A program made the translations under genes and the position numbers. DNA of 64,000 nt from Planctomycetota bacterium (GTDB lineage: Bacteria; Planctomycetota; UBA1135; UBA2386): positions 6,112,001 through 6,176,000 of the forward strand of contig OZ245838.1 of the NCBI GenBank assembly GCA_965228735.1. The letters run 5' to 3'. Below the pieces are notes generated by a model. It saw only the letters and a list, made by a program, of their open reading frames with translations, did not search any database and was not told the DNA's origin. Positions within the stretch are counted from its first letter, which is position 1. Each line of letters begins with the position of its first letter. Positions 19,617 through 29,573 of this stretch are shown here, piece after piece.

Positions 19617-21410
19617 CTACGAGTCGATGCCGTAGCGCCGCAGCTTGTCGTAGAGCGTCGACGGCGCGATCGCGAGCGCCTGCGCCGCGCGTGCCCGGTT
19701 GCCGCCCACCCGTTTCAGCGTCCGGCGAATGTGCTGGCGCTCGACCTCCTCGAGGGATTGCAGGCCCTGCATGGAGACCTCGACCTGGCCCTCGACGATC
19801 TCCGTCGGCAGGTGGCGCGGCGTGATCTGGCCGCCGCCGGCCTTCGCCGCCGCCGTCTCGATCGCGTGTCGCAGCTCCTCGACGTTGCCGGGCCACGAGT
19901 AGCCCGCGAGCAGGCGCTTGCTGCGTTCGCTGAGCAGCCGCGGCGTCCCGTCCATGCCGGGCCCCATCTCGGAGAGCAGCAGTTCGGCGAGCGTGACTAC
20001 GTCGGTGCCGTCCTGGCGCAGCGGTGGGATCGATACGACGTGGGCGGCGAGGTGCCCGCCGAGTTCGTTCGTCCAGCCCTTCTCGGTTTGGGCCGGCGCT
20101 TCGCTTCTCGGCATCGCCTCGCCATCCTCGCCCGGCGGGCGATGCTTCGGTGGTGGCAGGAGCGAGCCGCCGACGAGCCGGAACGCGGCGTCATCGGTCG
20201 CGAGGCGCTTCTGCAGCCCGGGCGGCAGCGCGTCGATGTCCTCGACGAACAGCGTCCCGCCCGCGGCACGCGCCGTGGCGCCGACGTGGCCATCGTCGCC
20301 GAACAGTTCGCGCTCGAGTTGGTCCTTGGGTACGGCGCGTGGATGCAGCGCAACGAACGCGTCGCTGCCTTGCGACTCGGAGTGCAGGTAGCGCGCGAGC
20401 TCTTCGCGTTCGGTGCCGGCCTCGCCGACGAGCAACACGGGCGCGCCGGCGTTCGCGACTTCGCGGAGCGTCTGCCGAACGCTCTGCAGGCGCGAGCTCG
20501 CGAGCACTGCGTTGTGGGCCGCCGTGCCGTGCAAGCGCAGGCGTTGCACCTCGTCGCGCAGCCGCAGGCGTTCTTGCAGTTCGTCCAGCCGGTGCCAGAT
20601 CACCTTGCCGAGCGTGTCCGCGAGGCGCAGCAGGTCCTGGCCCGCGGGCGCCCGGGCGCTCGGCTGGTCGAGCAGGACGAGGGCGTTCGGTCCGTCGCCG
20701 AGCGGGATCGCGAGTCGGCCCTCGTCCTCCGATGTCGTGAGGATCGAGACCCGGCGCAGGCGATGGGCTTCCCGGATGATCGCCTTGGGCACGTCGAACC
20801 CGATGTCGGGACGCTGGGTGTCGAGCATCGCGAGGGTCTCGACGGCGTTGCCCGTCGCGCGGAAGCGTCCGAGCAGGCCGCGCGTCCGGCCCGTCAGATT
20901 CATGGCCAGCTGCAGCAGCGGCTCCGCGGCGTCGGTCAGCGAGCCGATGTCCGTGAAGGTCCACCCGATCCGTTCGAGGATGCGCTGGGCCTCGGGTGCG
21001 CGGGGGGGCGCGTCGTCCGCGGGTGGCGCGAGTTCATCGTCGATGACCTCGCGCCGCGTGATCATGACCGTGTCGTGGCCATCCTCGAGCGGTTCGCGCG
21101 GCTCGCGGCGCTGGAGGACGAGGCGGGTGAGGCCGATCGAGAGGGTCTGGCCGGGGGTCAGATCGCCGCTCGGGGTCGGCGACCCGTCGATCAGGATCGG
21201 GTTGCGGCCGCCCAGGTCGATGATCCGGAACGTGTCGCCGCGGCGCTCGATCCGGACGTGCTGGCGGCTCACGGTCGGGTCGCGCAGCTGGATCGCGCAG
21301 TCGGGGGAGCGCCCGACGAGCCAGCGCTCGCCGTCCAGCGCGATCGTCCGTACCGACCCGTCGCCGATCACGACCAGCCGGAATCGACCTTCTCGGGCCA
21401 CCGATTCCAT
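19617..21410 (-). CDS. FHA-domain Fis-family regulator with degenerate sigma54-interaction (AAA+) domain
   Basis: FHA (VGRS...VSRQH), WPGNVEEL and C-terminal Fis HTH; Walker A reads GEAGTERE; no GAFTGA. Confidence 0.85.
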   Translation of the reverse strand: MESVAREGRFRLVVIGDGSVRTIALDGERWLVGRSPDCAIQLRDPTVSRQHVRIERRGDTFRIIDLGGRNPILIDGSPTPSGDLTPGQTLSIGLTRLVLQRREPREPLEDGHDTVMITRREVIDDELAPPADDAPPRAPEAQRILERIGWTFTDIGSLTDAAEPLLQLAMNLTGRTRGLLGRFRATGNAVETLAMLDTQRPDIGFDVPKAIIREAHRLRRVSILTTSEDEGRLAIPLGDGPNALVLLDQPSARAPAGQDLLRLADTLGKVIWHRLDELQERLRLRDEVQRLRLHGTAAHNAVLASSRLQSVRQTLREVANAGAPVLLVGEAGTEREELARYLHSESQGSDAFVALHPRAVPKDQLERELFGDDGHVGATARAAGGTLFVEDIDALPPGLQKRLATDDAAFRLVGGSLLPPPKHRPPGEDGEAMPRSEAPAQTEKGWTNELGGHLAAHVVSIPPLRQDGTDVVTLAELLLSEMGPGMDGTPRLLSERSKRLLAGYSWPGNVEELRHAIETAAAKAGGGQITPRHLPTEIVEGQVEVSMQGLQSLEEVERQHIRRTLKRVGGNRARAAQALAIAPSTLYDKLRRYGIDS

Positions 21411-21420
21411 GGCCCGAAGT

Positions 21421-21476
21421 ATCCGAAAATCGAACACTACCCGCAAGGCCTGCGCTTCGATCCGAGAATCGAATAC
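21421..21476. promoter_or_regulatory. Two copies of the dyad-like motif ATCCGARAATCGAAYAC (candidate TF sites)
   Basis: 17-bp direct repeat at 21421-21437 and 21460-21476 with 2 mismatches; 13-bp core recurs at 61916-61928. Confidence 0.45.
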
Positions 21477-21724
21477 CCCGATTGACGGCAGCGGCCCCTC
21501 TCCCCTAGGCTTGAGCGTCAGCGGGAAGCGGACCGGGTCAGGTTTTTTCGAGAATGTCGCGCAACCCCGTCTCGCCCCGGGTCCCGGTCCACCCCGGGAC
21601 CCGTCACGCTGCCTGCCGCGCCTGCCTGCCACGTGGCCTTTCCTCCCGCGCCTCCCACCGGTCCCGAGAGTCGATGGGCCGCCCCTGCTGAAGGCGACAT
21701 GGCCATGCGGTCGATACCTCGCAC

Positions 21725-22594
21725 ATGTGGATGTGGGGGCTCATCGGATGGCTGTTGGTCTCGGTGCTCGCGGCCGCGCTCCATCACCGGTTCCAGCGGC
21801 GGCAGACCCGGGTCGATCCGGCGGTCGGCGCGTTCCTCCTGCGCCTCGAGACGCTGATCGCGGAGCGCCACCCCGGCGTCCGCTACGTCGACCTGCTGCC
21901 CGACCAGTTCGCCTGCCTGCTCGAGGTCGATGGGCAGGAGACGCCGGTCTCGCTGCACGACGCGTTCCGCCACGAGCAGACGTTTCCCGACGGCTTCCCC
22001 GACTACGTCGAGCGGCTGATCGGCGACATCCGCGAGGTCGGCCTCGACCGCGTCGATGACCTCGACCTCGCCGGCGCGGCGGCGCAGCTGCTGCCGCAGG
22101 TGCGCAGTCGGCAGTGGCTCGAAGACCACGGCCGGTTCGGGGATTCGGGTCTCGTGCATCGATCGCTCAACGACGAGCTCGTCGTCGTCTACGTCGTCGA
22201 CGATCCGCACAGCATGGTCTTCGTCTGTCGTGGCCACCTCAACGCCTGGGGCAAGACGATCGACGACGTGCACAATCTCGCGCTCGCCAACCTGCAGCGC
22301 CTCGACGGTGACCGGCTCGAAGAACTGCGGCAGGTCGCGGAACCGTTGCGCATCGAGATGGGCGACGGGTTCGATGCGGCTCGCGTGCTGCTGCTCGAGG
22401 AGGCCGAGGGGCTGCTCGTCGCGCTGCCCGATCGCGACCTGCTCTGGGTCGGCGGTGAGGATCAGGTCGACCTCGAGACGCTGATGGCCGACACGGAAGC
22501 GCTCGCGGAGCGCGCGGCGCATCCGGTCTCGAAGCGCGTCTATCGCGTCACTTCTGCGGGTCTCGAGGCCGTGTCAGACGTGCCGTCAGAGTGA
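21725..22594 (+). CDS. DUF1444-like protein with N-terminal TM anchor
   Basis: LLPQVRS, VVYVVDDPHSM, ALANL, DGFDAARVLL and ALPDRD resemble DUF1444/YtpQ. Confidence 0.65.
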   Translation: MWMWGLIGWLLVSVLAAALHHRFQRRQTRVDPAVGAFLLRLETLIAERHPGVRYVDLLPDQFACLLEVDGQETPVSLHDAFRHEQTFPDGFPDYVERLIGDIREVGLDRVDDLDLAGAAAQLLPQVRSRQWLEDHGRFGDSGLVHRSLNDELVVVYVVDDPHSMVFVCRGHLNAWGKTIDDVHNLALANLQRLDGDRLEELRQVAEPLRIEMGDGFDAARVLLLEEAEGLLVALPDRDLLWVGGEDQVDLETLMADTEALAERAAHPVSKRVYRVTSAGLEAVSDVPSE

Positions 22595-23381
22595 CCTCGA
22601 TCGGCGTTCCGTCCCCTTCGGTCTTGGCGGTGAAACGCTGCCGAACCGCCGAGCGGATCGGATCGACGACTTCGTAGTCACCCGCGCCGAGGACGAGCGT
22701 CACGCTGCCGTCGTCGAGCCGCAGGCCGCCCGCTGCGGCGCCCTGGGCGAGCCAGTCGCGCGCGCCGACGCGAACGAGCTGGAACGGGCCGGCGGGGCGG
22801 CCGTTCGCGGTGACGAGACGAACGCGGACGACGGGCGCGGTCATCGAGAAGTCGCGGATGTTGCCGCGCGGGTCGAGCGTCGCGCGGGCGAGGTAGCCGT
22901 GCTCGGCGCTGGCCTCATCCGGGGCCACCGTCACCACGAACGGCGCCGAGGGCGGCGTGAGCTCGATCACGAGACCGTCGGGTGAGACGGTCGCGTCCGC
23001 GAGAGGATGCCACGCGAGGCGGGCGCCCGTCGTCGGGGCGAACACCGCCACGCCGGCGCTCGAGCTCGTGGCGTCGCCGGGGTTCACGATGTCACGATCG
23101 AGGCCGCGCACGAGGAGTCTGGTCGGGCGTTGGTCGGCGCGAATCGCGCCGACGAGCGCGGCCGGCGTCGCGAAGGCGTGCGGCCGTGCTTCGAGCTTCA
23201 GCAGCCGGGGCGCGGGCACGACGAGCAACCGCAGTTCGAGATCGGGCTGCGCCGTCGTCACGACGGCCGGCTGCCGCAGGCTCAGGAGGAACGAGTACCC
23301 CGCGACGGCAATGCCGACGGCGATGAGCAGGGCAGCGAAGGCGGTGGCGAGGAAGCGAATGGCGGAACTCCGACGGACCAT
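22548..23381 (-). CDS. Hypothetical membrane-anchored protein
   Basis: N-terminal TM helix then beta-rich sequence; 3' end overlaps the convergent gene by 47 nt; start uncertain. Confidence 0.55.
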   Translation of the reverse strand: MVRRSSAIRFLATAFAALLIAVGIAVAGYSFLLSLRQPAVVTTAQPDLELRLLVVPAPRLLKLEARPHAFATPAALVGAIRADQRPTRLLVRGLDRDIVNPGDATSSSAGVAVFAPTTGARLAWHPLADATVSPDGLVIELTPPSAPFVVTVAPDEASAEHGYLARATLDPRGNIRDFSMTAPVVRVRLVTANGRPAGPFQLVRVGARDWLAQGAAAGGLRLDDGSVTLVLGAGDYEVVDPIRSAVRQRFTAKTEGDGTPIEVTLTARLTRPRDPQK

Positions 23382-23529
23382 CCTACCGCGGATCGCCCGC
23401 GCCGGCACGGTGGCGATTGCCGCCGTGTCGTCGCCAGTTCGAACGGCCCCAGATCGGTCGGCGCCAAATCGGGTCGGCGCCGAATCGTCAGGTGCGGCCG
23501 GTCGGCACGGGGCCGACCCGCACCGCGGC

Positions 23530-26500
23530 CTAACGACCGCCGTTGCCGTTCGGCTGACCCGTGCCGGCGGGAGTCGCCTTTCCGAGCGTGCCCGTGACCG
23601 CATTGTCGCCGCTGCCGACCGAGACCGTTTGGGTCGTCGTCTCGTGGTCGCGGGCGCGCACGACCATGAGGTAGGTCCCGGGCGGCACCGATTCGAACTC
23701 GAACGCGCCGTCGCGGATGCGGGCGTTGTGCGCGCGGTTGCCGGGCGTGCGCATCCACTGGCCGAGATTCTCCGGCAGGGTGGTGACCCCCTGGAGCAGC
23801 GACACCGACGCGCGCACCGACTTCGGATCCGTGTCGTCCTCGGCGACGACCGTGCCGGTCAGCCGACTCGTGAACACGGTGACGTGTTGCTCGGTGACGC
23901 CGTTGATCGCGACGAACACCGGCTCTTCGTGCACCGTCGAGCGCTGCCGCGTCGTGACGCGCAGCGTGTACTGACCCGGGTTCACGCGGTCCATCTCGAA
24001 CGTGCCGTCGGCCTTGACCTCGGCGTTGCCGCCGCCGCCGAAGCGGCCGCCGCGCATCCGACTGAGGATGTCACGGCCGCCTGGGCCGTTCGCGCCGTTG
24101 CTGGTGCCGCTGTCGACCGCGCGCAGCTCGACGCGGAAGCCCTGCGCCGGTTCGCCGTTGTGCATCACCGTGCCGCGGACCGTGCCGAACTCGGCGCGCA
24201 GGACCTGCAGGTCCCGTTCGGCCGTCTCGCCGCCCTCGAGGCGCAGGTCGGGCAGCAGCTCGCCCGTCATGAACTGCGGCATGAGCTGGCGCAGGATGTC
24301 GCGGCGGGAGCCGACGTAGGCCCGCACGATGTAGCTGCCCGGCTCGAGGTCCTCGATGACGTAGCTGCCGTCGGACTGCACCTTGGACTGCTTCGGGCCA
24401 CCGCGGCCGAACATCCGGAACATCGCGCTGCCGGCGTCGCCGCCTTCCGGCACCATCATCGCGGTGACCTCGGCCTCGGCGAACTCGCCTTCGGCCAGGC
24501 CCGTGACCTCGCCGACGAGGCGGCCGAGCGGGCCCATGACGAACTTGCCGTCCGAGCGGTCGCCATCCAGTTCGATGGTCTGATCCTCAGGCTCGGCGAA
24601 GCCGTTGGCTTCGGCCGATACGCTATACCGACCGGCCGGCACGTGCGTGAAGAAGAACTCGCCGTCATCGTTGGTCTTGGTCTGCAGCCGCAGGCTGTTG
24701 CCGCCGCCCATGGCCATGAACGCGCGCATCATGCGTTCGCGCGGGTCGCCGCCGCGGCCGCGATCGCCGCGTCCGCCGGCCGGCGCTGCCGATTCGACCT
24801 CCTGGTCGACCGCGCGCAGTTCGACCTCCGCGCCGGCGATCGGCCGGTCCGTGTCGTCGAACACCACACCCGCGAAGTAGAGACCGCGATCGAGGCGGAT
24901 GGTGAGGCTCGGCGAGACTCCGTTCTGGCGCAGCTCGACCTCGGCGCTCGTGAAGAAGGCGTGATCGGACGACTGCACGCTCACCTCGTAGACGCCCTCC
25001 TGCAGGCCGGTCAGCACGAACTGACCGTCGGCGTGGCGCTCCGGCTTGCCGATGTTCGTCGGGCCGCCGAAGCCGCCCCAGCCGCCGCGTCCACCGCGGC
25101 CACGACCGCCGCGGTCGCCGCCCCGATCGCCGCCCCGGTCGTCGCCGCGGTTGCGGTTGCGGCGGGCCTGGTCCTCCATCGCTTCGCGCGCGTCGCGCAT
25201 CTGCTGGCGCAGCTGGTTGCGCGTTGCCTCGTCGAGGTTGCCGTCGCGCAGCTGCGCGCGGACGGCATTGAGGTCGATCGACTGGGCGCCGGGCACGGGC
25301 AGGCCGCGCACGCGCCGCGCTTCGATCGCGAATGTCGTCACGGGCTGGCTGTCGACGGCGTCGAGCACGACGCCGGCGATGCGCAGGCCGGTCTGCAGCG
25401 TGACGTAGATCGGCTGGCCGACCGTCGGGTCGAGGCCTTCCGCTTCGTAGTTGAGGTAGTCCTCGGCGCGCACCTCGAGGCGCATCGTGACGCCCGGCAG
25501 ATGCTCGAGCGTGAACTCGCCGCGTTCGTTGGTGGTCGTCGAGTGCGAGCGCCCGCCACCGAACGGTCCACCGCGGCCGGTATCCCGACCGCCTCGCTCG
25601 CGGCCGCCGCGACCGCGGTCGCGACCGCCGCCGCCCTGGCCACCGCCCTGGCCATTGCGCTCGCCGCGGCCGCCGGTGCTGCGCGCGGTGACGCGGGCCT
25701 TGGCCACGGGGGTGCCCTGCGGGTCGCGCACGATGCCCGTGAGCTCGAAGCCCGGGCCGAGCTGGATGTCCTCGACCTCGACGCGCTGGTCTTCGACGAC
25801 CTCGAACGTCGCGCTGCGGCCCTCGGTGTGGCGTTTGGCGGTCGCCGCCGTGTTCCAGTCGCCCGCGGGCAGGTGGGCGAGGCTGTAGTAGCCGTTGTTG
25901 TCCGTCGTGACCTCGGTCACGAACTCATCGCGGTTGCGCATCCAGCGCCATCGGTTGCGGCCCTGCGCGCCGGGGCGGATCGTCGCGTTGGCGATGCCGT
26001 TGCCCGCGAAGTCCGTGACGCGACCGACGACTTCTCCGCCGTTCTGCAGCACGACGTCCTCGAGCTGCAACACGATGCCCTCGGGCGTCGACTGGCCCTT
26101 CGCGCGCACGTCGCCGATGTCGCGGTCGACGATCCCGGGCGCGTGGAGCTTGCTGCGGACCTGCAGCGACACGCGCAGGTTGGCGAACGCGTTGCCCGCG
26201 AACGCGAACTGGCCGTCGCGGTCCGTGCGCACCGGCTCGGGAATGCGGCGGCGGTTGCCGCCGCGCCGGCGGTTGCTGCGCGAGTGTTCGAGGAACACGT
26301 CGGCGTTCTGGACCGGGGCGCCGTACTTGTCGACGACCCGGCCGCGCACGATGACCGCGACGCGGTCGCCGCCGTCATCGACGATCGGCACGCCGTTCTC
26401 GTCGATCTCGACGGCGGTGCGCTCGATCTCGGCGCTCGCCAGTTCGCCGGTCTCGGTCTCGGGGTCCTGGACCGTCGAGACCTCGTCGTCGGCGTTCCAT

Positions 26501-26607
26501 TGCACGAGCGGAACTTCGTCGGCTCCCCCGAACTGGGTCCAGGCGAGTGCTGCCGCGCCGGTCAGGAGAACGGCGCCGATCACGAGGGCTAGGGTCTGCT
26601 TCTGCAT
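23530..26607 (-). CDS. Large exported protein with repeated carboxypeptidase-regulatory-like (transthyretin-like beta-sandwich) domains
   Basis: Signal anchor; repeated GxVxDxxGxPxxxAxV...TDxxGxF...LPxGxY units; Arg/Gly-rich inserts. Confidence 0.85.
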   Translation of the reverse strand: MQKQTLALVIGAVLLTGAAALAWTQFGGADEVPLVQWNADDEVSTVQDPETETGELASAEIERTAVEIDENGVPIVDDGGDRVAVIVRGRVVDKYGAPVQNADVFLEHSRSNRRRGGNRRRIPEPVRTDRDGQFAFAGNAFANLRVSLQVRSKLHAPGIVDRDIGDVRAKGQSTPEGIVLQLEDVVLQNGGEVVGRVTDFAGNGIANATIRPGAQGRNRWRWMRNRDEFVTEVTTDNNGYYSLAHLPAGDWNTAATAKRHTEGRSATFEVVEDQRVEVEDIQLGPGFELTGIVRDPQGTPVAKARVTARSTGGRGERNGQGGGQGGGGRDRGRGGRERGGRDTGRGGPFGGGRSHSTTTNERGEFTLEHLPGVTMRLEVRAEDYLNYEAEGLDPTVGQPIYVTLQTGLRIAGVVLDAVDSQPVTTFAIEARRVRGLPVPGAQSIDLNAVRAQLRDGNLDEATRNQLRQQMRDAREAMEDQARRNRNRGDDRGGDRGGDRGGRGRGGRGGWGGFGGPTNIGKPERHADGQFVLTGLQEGVYEVSVQSSDHAFFTSAEVELRQNGVSPSLTIRLDRGLYFAGVVFDDTDRPIAGAEVELRAVDQEVESAAPAGGRGDRGRGGDPRERMMRAFMAMGGGNSLRLQTKTNDDGEFFFTHVPAGRYSVSAEANGFAEPEDQTIELDGDRSDGKFVMGPLGRLVGEVTGLAEGEFAEAEVTAMMVPEGGDAGSAMFRMFGRGGPKQSKVQSDGSYVIEDLEPGSYIVRAYVGSRRDILRQLMPQFMTGELLPDLRLEGGETAERDLQVLRAEFGTVRGTVMHNGEPAQGFRVELRAVDSGTSNGANGPGGRDILSRMRGGRFGGGGNAEVKADGTFEMDRVNPGQYTLRVTTRQRSTVHEEPVFVAINGVTEQHVTVFTSRLTGTVVAEDDTDPKSVRASVSLLQGVTTLPENLGQWMRTPGNRAHNARIRDGAFEFESVPPGTYLMVVRARDHETTTQTVSVGSGDNAVTGTLGKATPAGTGQPNGNGGR

Positions 26608-26796
26608 GAGCGTTGTCGCGTGGGGCCGGGACGCGCGGGAGTGGCGCCGGGCCGCCCTCCTTTACGGCCGCGCCCCGCGTTTGCCGACAGCAAGACGCTG
26701 TAACGGTTATGCACCGCTGGCAGGGCCCGTGGGATGGGCACTACCGGCTGTGCTGCAGACCCTTACGACCGCGATCCCGGGGCCGTCGGAACGCCG

Positions 26797-28167
26797 CTAC
26801 TGTTGCAGCACGACGGCCGCCGGGGCGCTGGCCGCGATCACGCCGCCGGCCTGGTCGACCATCGCCGCCTGCGCACGGATCGTCAGGGCCGGCGTGAAGC
26901 CCGGGTTCGTGAGCGGCAGGCTGCCCGCGCCGGCGGCGTCGAGCGCGACGAAGTGGGTGTTCACGGGGATCAGCAGGCCCGTTCGCCACAGCAGGGGTTG
27001 CTCGAACCCGGGCACGGCGACGCTCGTGAACCCGGGGCCCTGCGGCAGGCCGAGCGCGATCAACGCGGCGCCGTTCTGCGGGCCGTCCGCGAGGTCGAGG
27101 GTGAACGCGCCCGCGGGGATCGGACTGGCGACGCTCGCGGTGAGCGTCGGGGCAGCGGGTCGCACGGTGCGGCGGTCGTTCGTGCTCGCGTAGTCGGTCT
27201 CGCGCACGAGCAGGCGGGTGCCGGCCGCCTGGAACGGTTCGAACACGCCGGCGCCGAAGCCGGCCCCGGCTGTCCGCGCGACCTGCAGTTCGGCCGCGCT
27301 CGTCGGCGTGCCGGAGTAGTCGATGAGCACCTTCACCGCCCTTGCCGGCCCGGTCGTGTCGTCGATCTCAGAGACGGCGTCGTTGAACCAGTCGACGAAC
27401 AGCAGGTCGTCGTCGCCGTCGAACGCGAGGTCACCGGCGCTGTCGAGCCCGGCGATCACGACCGTCGCGTTGGCCGGCGTGAGCACCTGCTGCGTCAGCA
27501 GGGCGAGGTCGACGACCGTCCGATCGAAGCGCAGCACGTCGGTCGCGCCGGGCGGCGTCGGGAACAGCGGGCTGCTCGTCGCGTAGCAGAGCGCCGCGTT
27601 GCGATCGACCGCGAGCGGGCCGGACGCGCCGGGGATCTGCGCGAGCAGCTGCGTGCTGCCGGTGTTGACGTCGACCGCCCAGAGGTCGTTGTCGTTCGCG
27701 CCGAAGCCGCCCGTCTTGGCGGAGACGATCACGCGGTTGCTGTCCCAGCGCACGGCGTCGTAGTTGAACGCGAGGGTCGCGAGCGGCTGGGTCGGCGGCG
27801 CGCCGTTGAGCGGCACGGCCCAGAGGTTGCCGTTCGAACTCTCGCCGAAGAGCACGAGGCCGGGCCCGGCCGCGATCGTGAAGGAGCCGAATACCGGCAT
27901 CGGCAGCGTGAGGAGCGCCCGGGTCTGGCCGCCGGCCGCGAGTTGCAGCGTCGTGCCATCGAAGTAGACGAGTCCGCCGGCGCCGGGCGTCCCGGCGCCG
28001 AGTGTCAGCACGTTGGCGGCGCCCGCGGGGAGCGCAGCGGCGGTCGAGTCGTAGCCCTCCGGCAGGGTTTGCGTGGTTGCCGTCGAGACCGTGAGAAGCG
28101 CCGCGATGAGGGCTGGGGCGAGGATGCCGCGAGGGGCACGAACGTTCGAACGAGCGGGAGTCGTCAT
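26797..28167 (-). CDS. Secreted hypothetical protein (beta-propeller-like plus C-terminal domain), second gene of riboswitch operon
   Basis: Signal peptide; GASGPLAV...PTPPG...LRF...DLAFD; ATGA overlap with the upstream paralogue. Confidence 0.8.
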   Translation of the reverse strand: MTTPARSNVRAPRGILAPALIAALLTVSTATTQTLPEGYDSTAAALPAGAANVLTLGAGTPGAGGLVYFDGTTLQLAAGGQTRALLTLPMPVFGSFTIAAGPGLVLFGESSNGNLWAVPLNGAPPTQPLATLAFNYDAVRWDSNRVIVSAKTGGFGANDNDLWAVDVNTGSTQLLAQIPGASGPLAVDRNAALCYATSSPLFPTPPGATDVLRFDRTVVDLALLTQQVLTPANATVVIAGLDSAGDLAFDGDDDLLFVDWFNDAVSEIDDTTGPARAVKVLIDYSGTPTSAAELQVARTAGAGFGAGVFEPFQAAGTRLLVRETDYASTNDRRTVRPAAPTLTASVASPIPAGAFTLDLADGPQNGAALIALGLPQGPGFTSVAVPGFEQPLLWRTGLLIPVNTHFVALDAAGAGSLPLTNPGFTPALTIRAQAAMVDQAGGVIAASAPAAVVLQQ

Positions 28168-29504
28168 GGCAGCAGTTGCAGTGCGAGGGGGACAGAAGTG
28201 GCGTGGACGGTCGCGTTCGGCGCCGTCGCGAGGGCGATCGCCTGCGCGGTGACGGTGAGCGCGTAGCCGCCCGGATTCGTGATGGTGTGCGTGGTGCGCC
28301 CCGCGGTGTCGGTGGCCGGCATCGGCAGCGCGGACGCGAACGCGGCCGTCGGGAAGCCGAGCCACACGGGCAGCCCGTGCAGCGTGACCGCGGCGTGTTC
28401 GGCGGTCGGTGATCCGAACGCGAGCAGCGTCGCCGCGAGCGCGTTCGGTGGTGCGCCCGCGAACGTGAGCGTCGTGCTCGACGCGGCGGCAAGACTGCCG
28501 CCGCCGCTGCTCGTGAGCGTTGCGCGGGCCGGTTCGAGGCGCGCCACGGCGAAGCGCTGCAGGAAGTCCGAGTGCGCGATCAGCAGGCTGCCGGCGCGCT
28601 CGGTCGGTTGATACGCCGCGAACGGAGCGCCGCCGGTCGGTCGTTCGAGTTGGTGCAGCCAGAGCCCGGAGCGACCGCTGCCGACGTCGGCGATCGTCGC
28701 TGCGGGTGCGAGCATCCCGGGTGCCGATTGCGTGACGCGCGCGCTCGCGGGGTCGGTCGTGTAGGCCCGCCCGCGGTCGTCGAACGCGAGGTCGTAGATG
28801 CCGTCGTAGCCGGCGGCCACCGCCGTCGCCTGACTGCTCGTGAGCGCGGCGCCCGTCTGGATCGCCTGCTGCACGAGGTTGGCGGCGAAGCGCAGCAGGC
28901 GCGCCGTGCCCGGCGGCGGCGGCACCGTCGCGCCGAGCTCGGCGACGACGAGGTCACCGTTCGGGGCGAGGGCGAGCGGGCCCGACGGGCCGACGAGCGC
29001 GATGAGCTCGCGCGGCGTCCGGTGCGGGCCGGCGAGCCACACGCCGCAGTGGCTGCCGCTCGTCGGCCACGCCGGGTTCGCGTTGAGCAACACGTCGCCG
29101 TTCGGCAGCGCGATTGCGTCGAACGCGTTCTTCGGGCCGGCGAACGCGCGGAGTCGCAGTCCCGTCGTCGGATCGATCTCGCTGAGCCAGCCGCTGAACA
29201 ATTCGCCGACCAGGATCGCGCCCGCCGGGGTCGGCGCGAGGCAACCGAACGCTTCGCCCGGCGCGAGTTGGTGCAGCGCGCGAACCGCAGTATTCGGTCG
29301 GTGCAGTTCGAGAACGCGGCCGAGTCCGACGACGAACTCGTCGCGGCCGGGGAGCGGCACGATGCCGCGCACGTTGGCCGCGGCGCTCTCGTGGAGCACT
29401 TCGGGGGCTTTGAAGCCGGAGGCCGGTACGACGGCCTGGGCCGGGACCGTGCAGGCCAGCAGGGCCAGAGCCCACCCCAGTGGGGGGAGAACCAGGTGAT
29501 GCAT
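28164..29504 (-). CDS. Secreted hypothetical protein (beta-propeller-like plus C-terminal domain), first gene of riboswitch operon
   Basis: Signal peptide ending VPA-QA; GPSGPLAL...PPPPG...LRF...DLAFD. Confidence 0.8.
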   Translation of the reverse strand: MHHLVLPPLGWALALLACTVPAQAVVPASGFKAPEVLHESAAANVRGIVPLPGRDEFVVGLGRVLELHRPNTAVRALHQLAPGEAFGCLAPTPAGAILVGELFSGWLSEIDPTTGLRLRAFAGPKNAFDAIALPNGDVLLNANPAWPTSGSHCGVWLAGPHRTPRELIALVGPSGPLALAPNGDLVVAELGATVPPPPGTARLLRFAANLVQQAIQTGAALTSSQATAVAAGYDGIYDLAFDDRGRAYTTDPASARVTQSAPGMLAPAATIADVGSGRSGLWLHQLERPTGGAPFAAYQPTERAGSLLIAHSDFLQRFAVARLEPARATLTSSGGGSLAAASSTTLTFAGAPPNALAATLLAFGSPTAEHAAVTLHGLPVWLGFPTAAFASALPMPATDTAGRTTHTITNPGGYALTVTAQAIALATAPNATVHATSVPLALQLLP

Positions 29505-29573
29505 TGACCGCGGGCGTCTCGCGCGCCCGTGTGGGGTCGATCGAACCGGCAGCCGGGAGCGGCGTCCGGGCGA

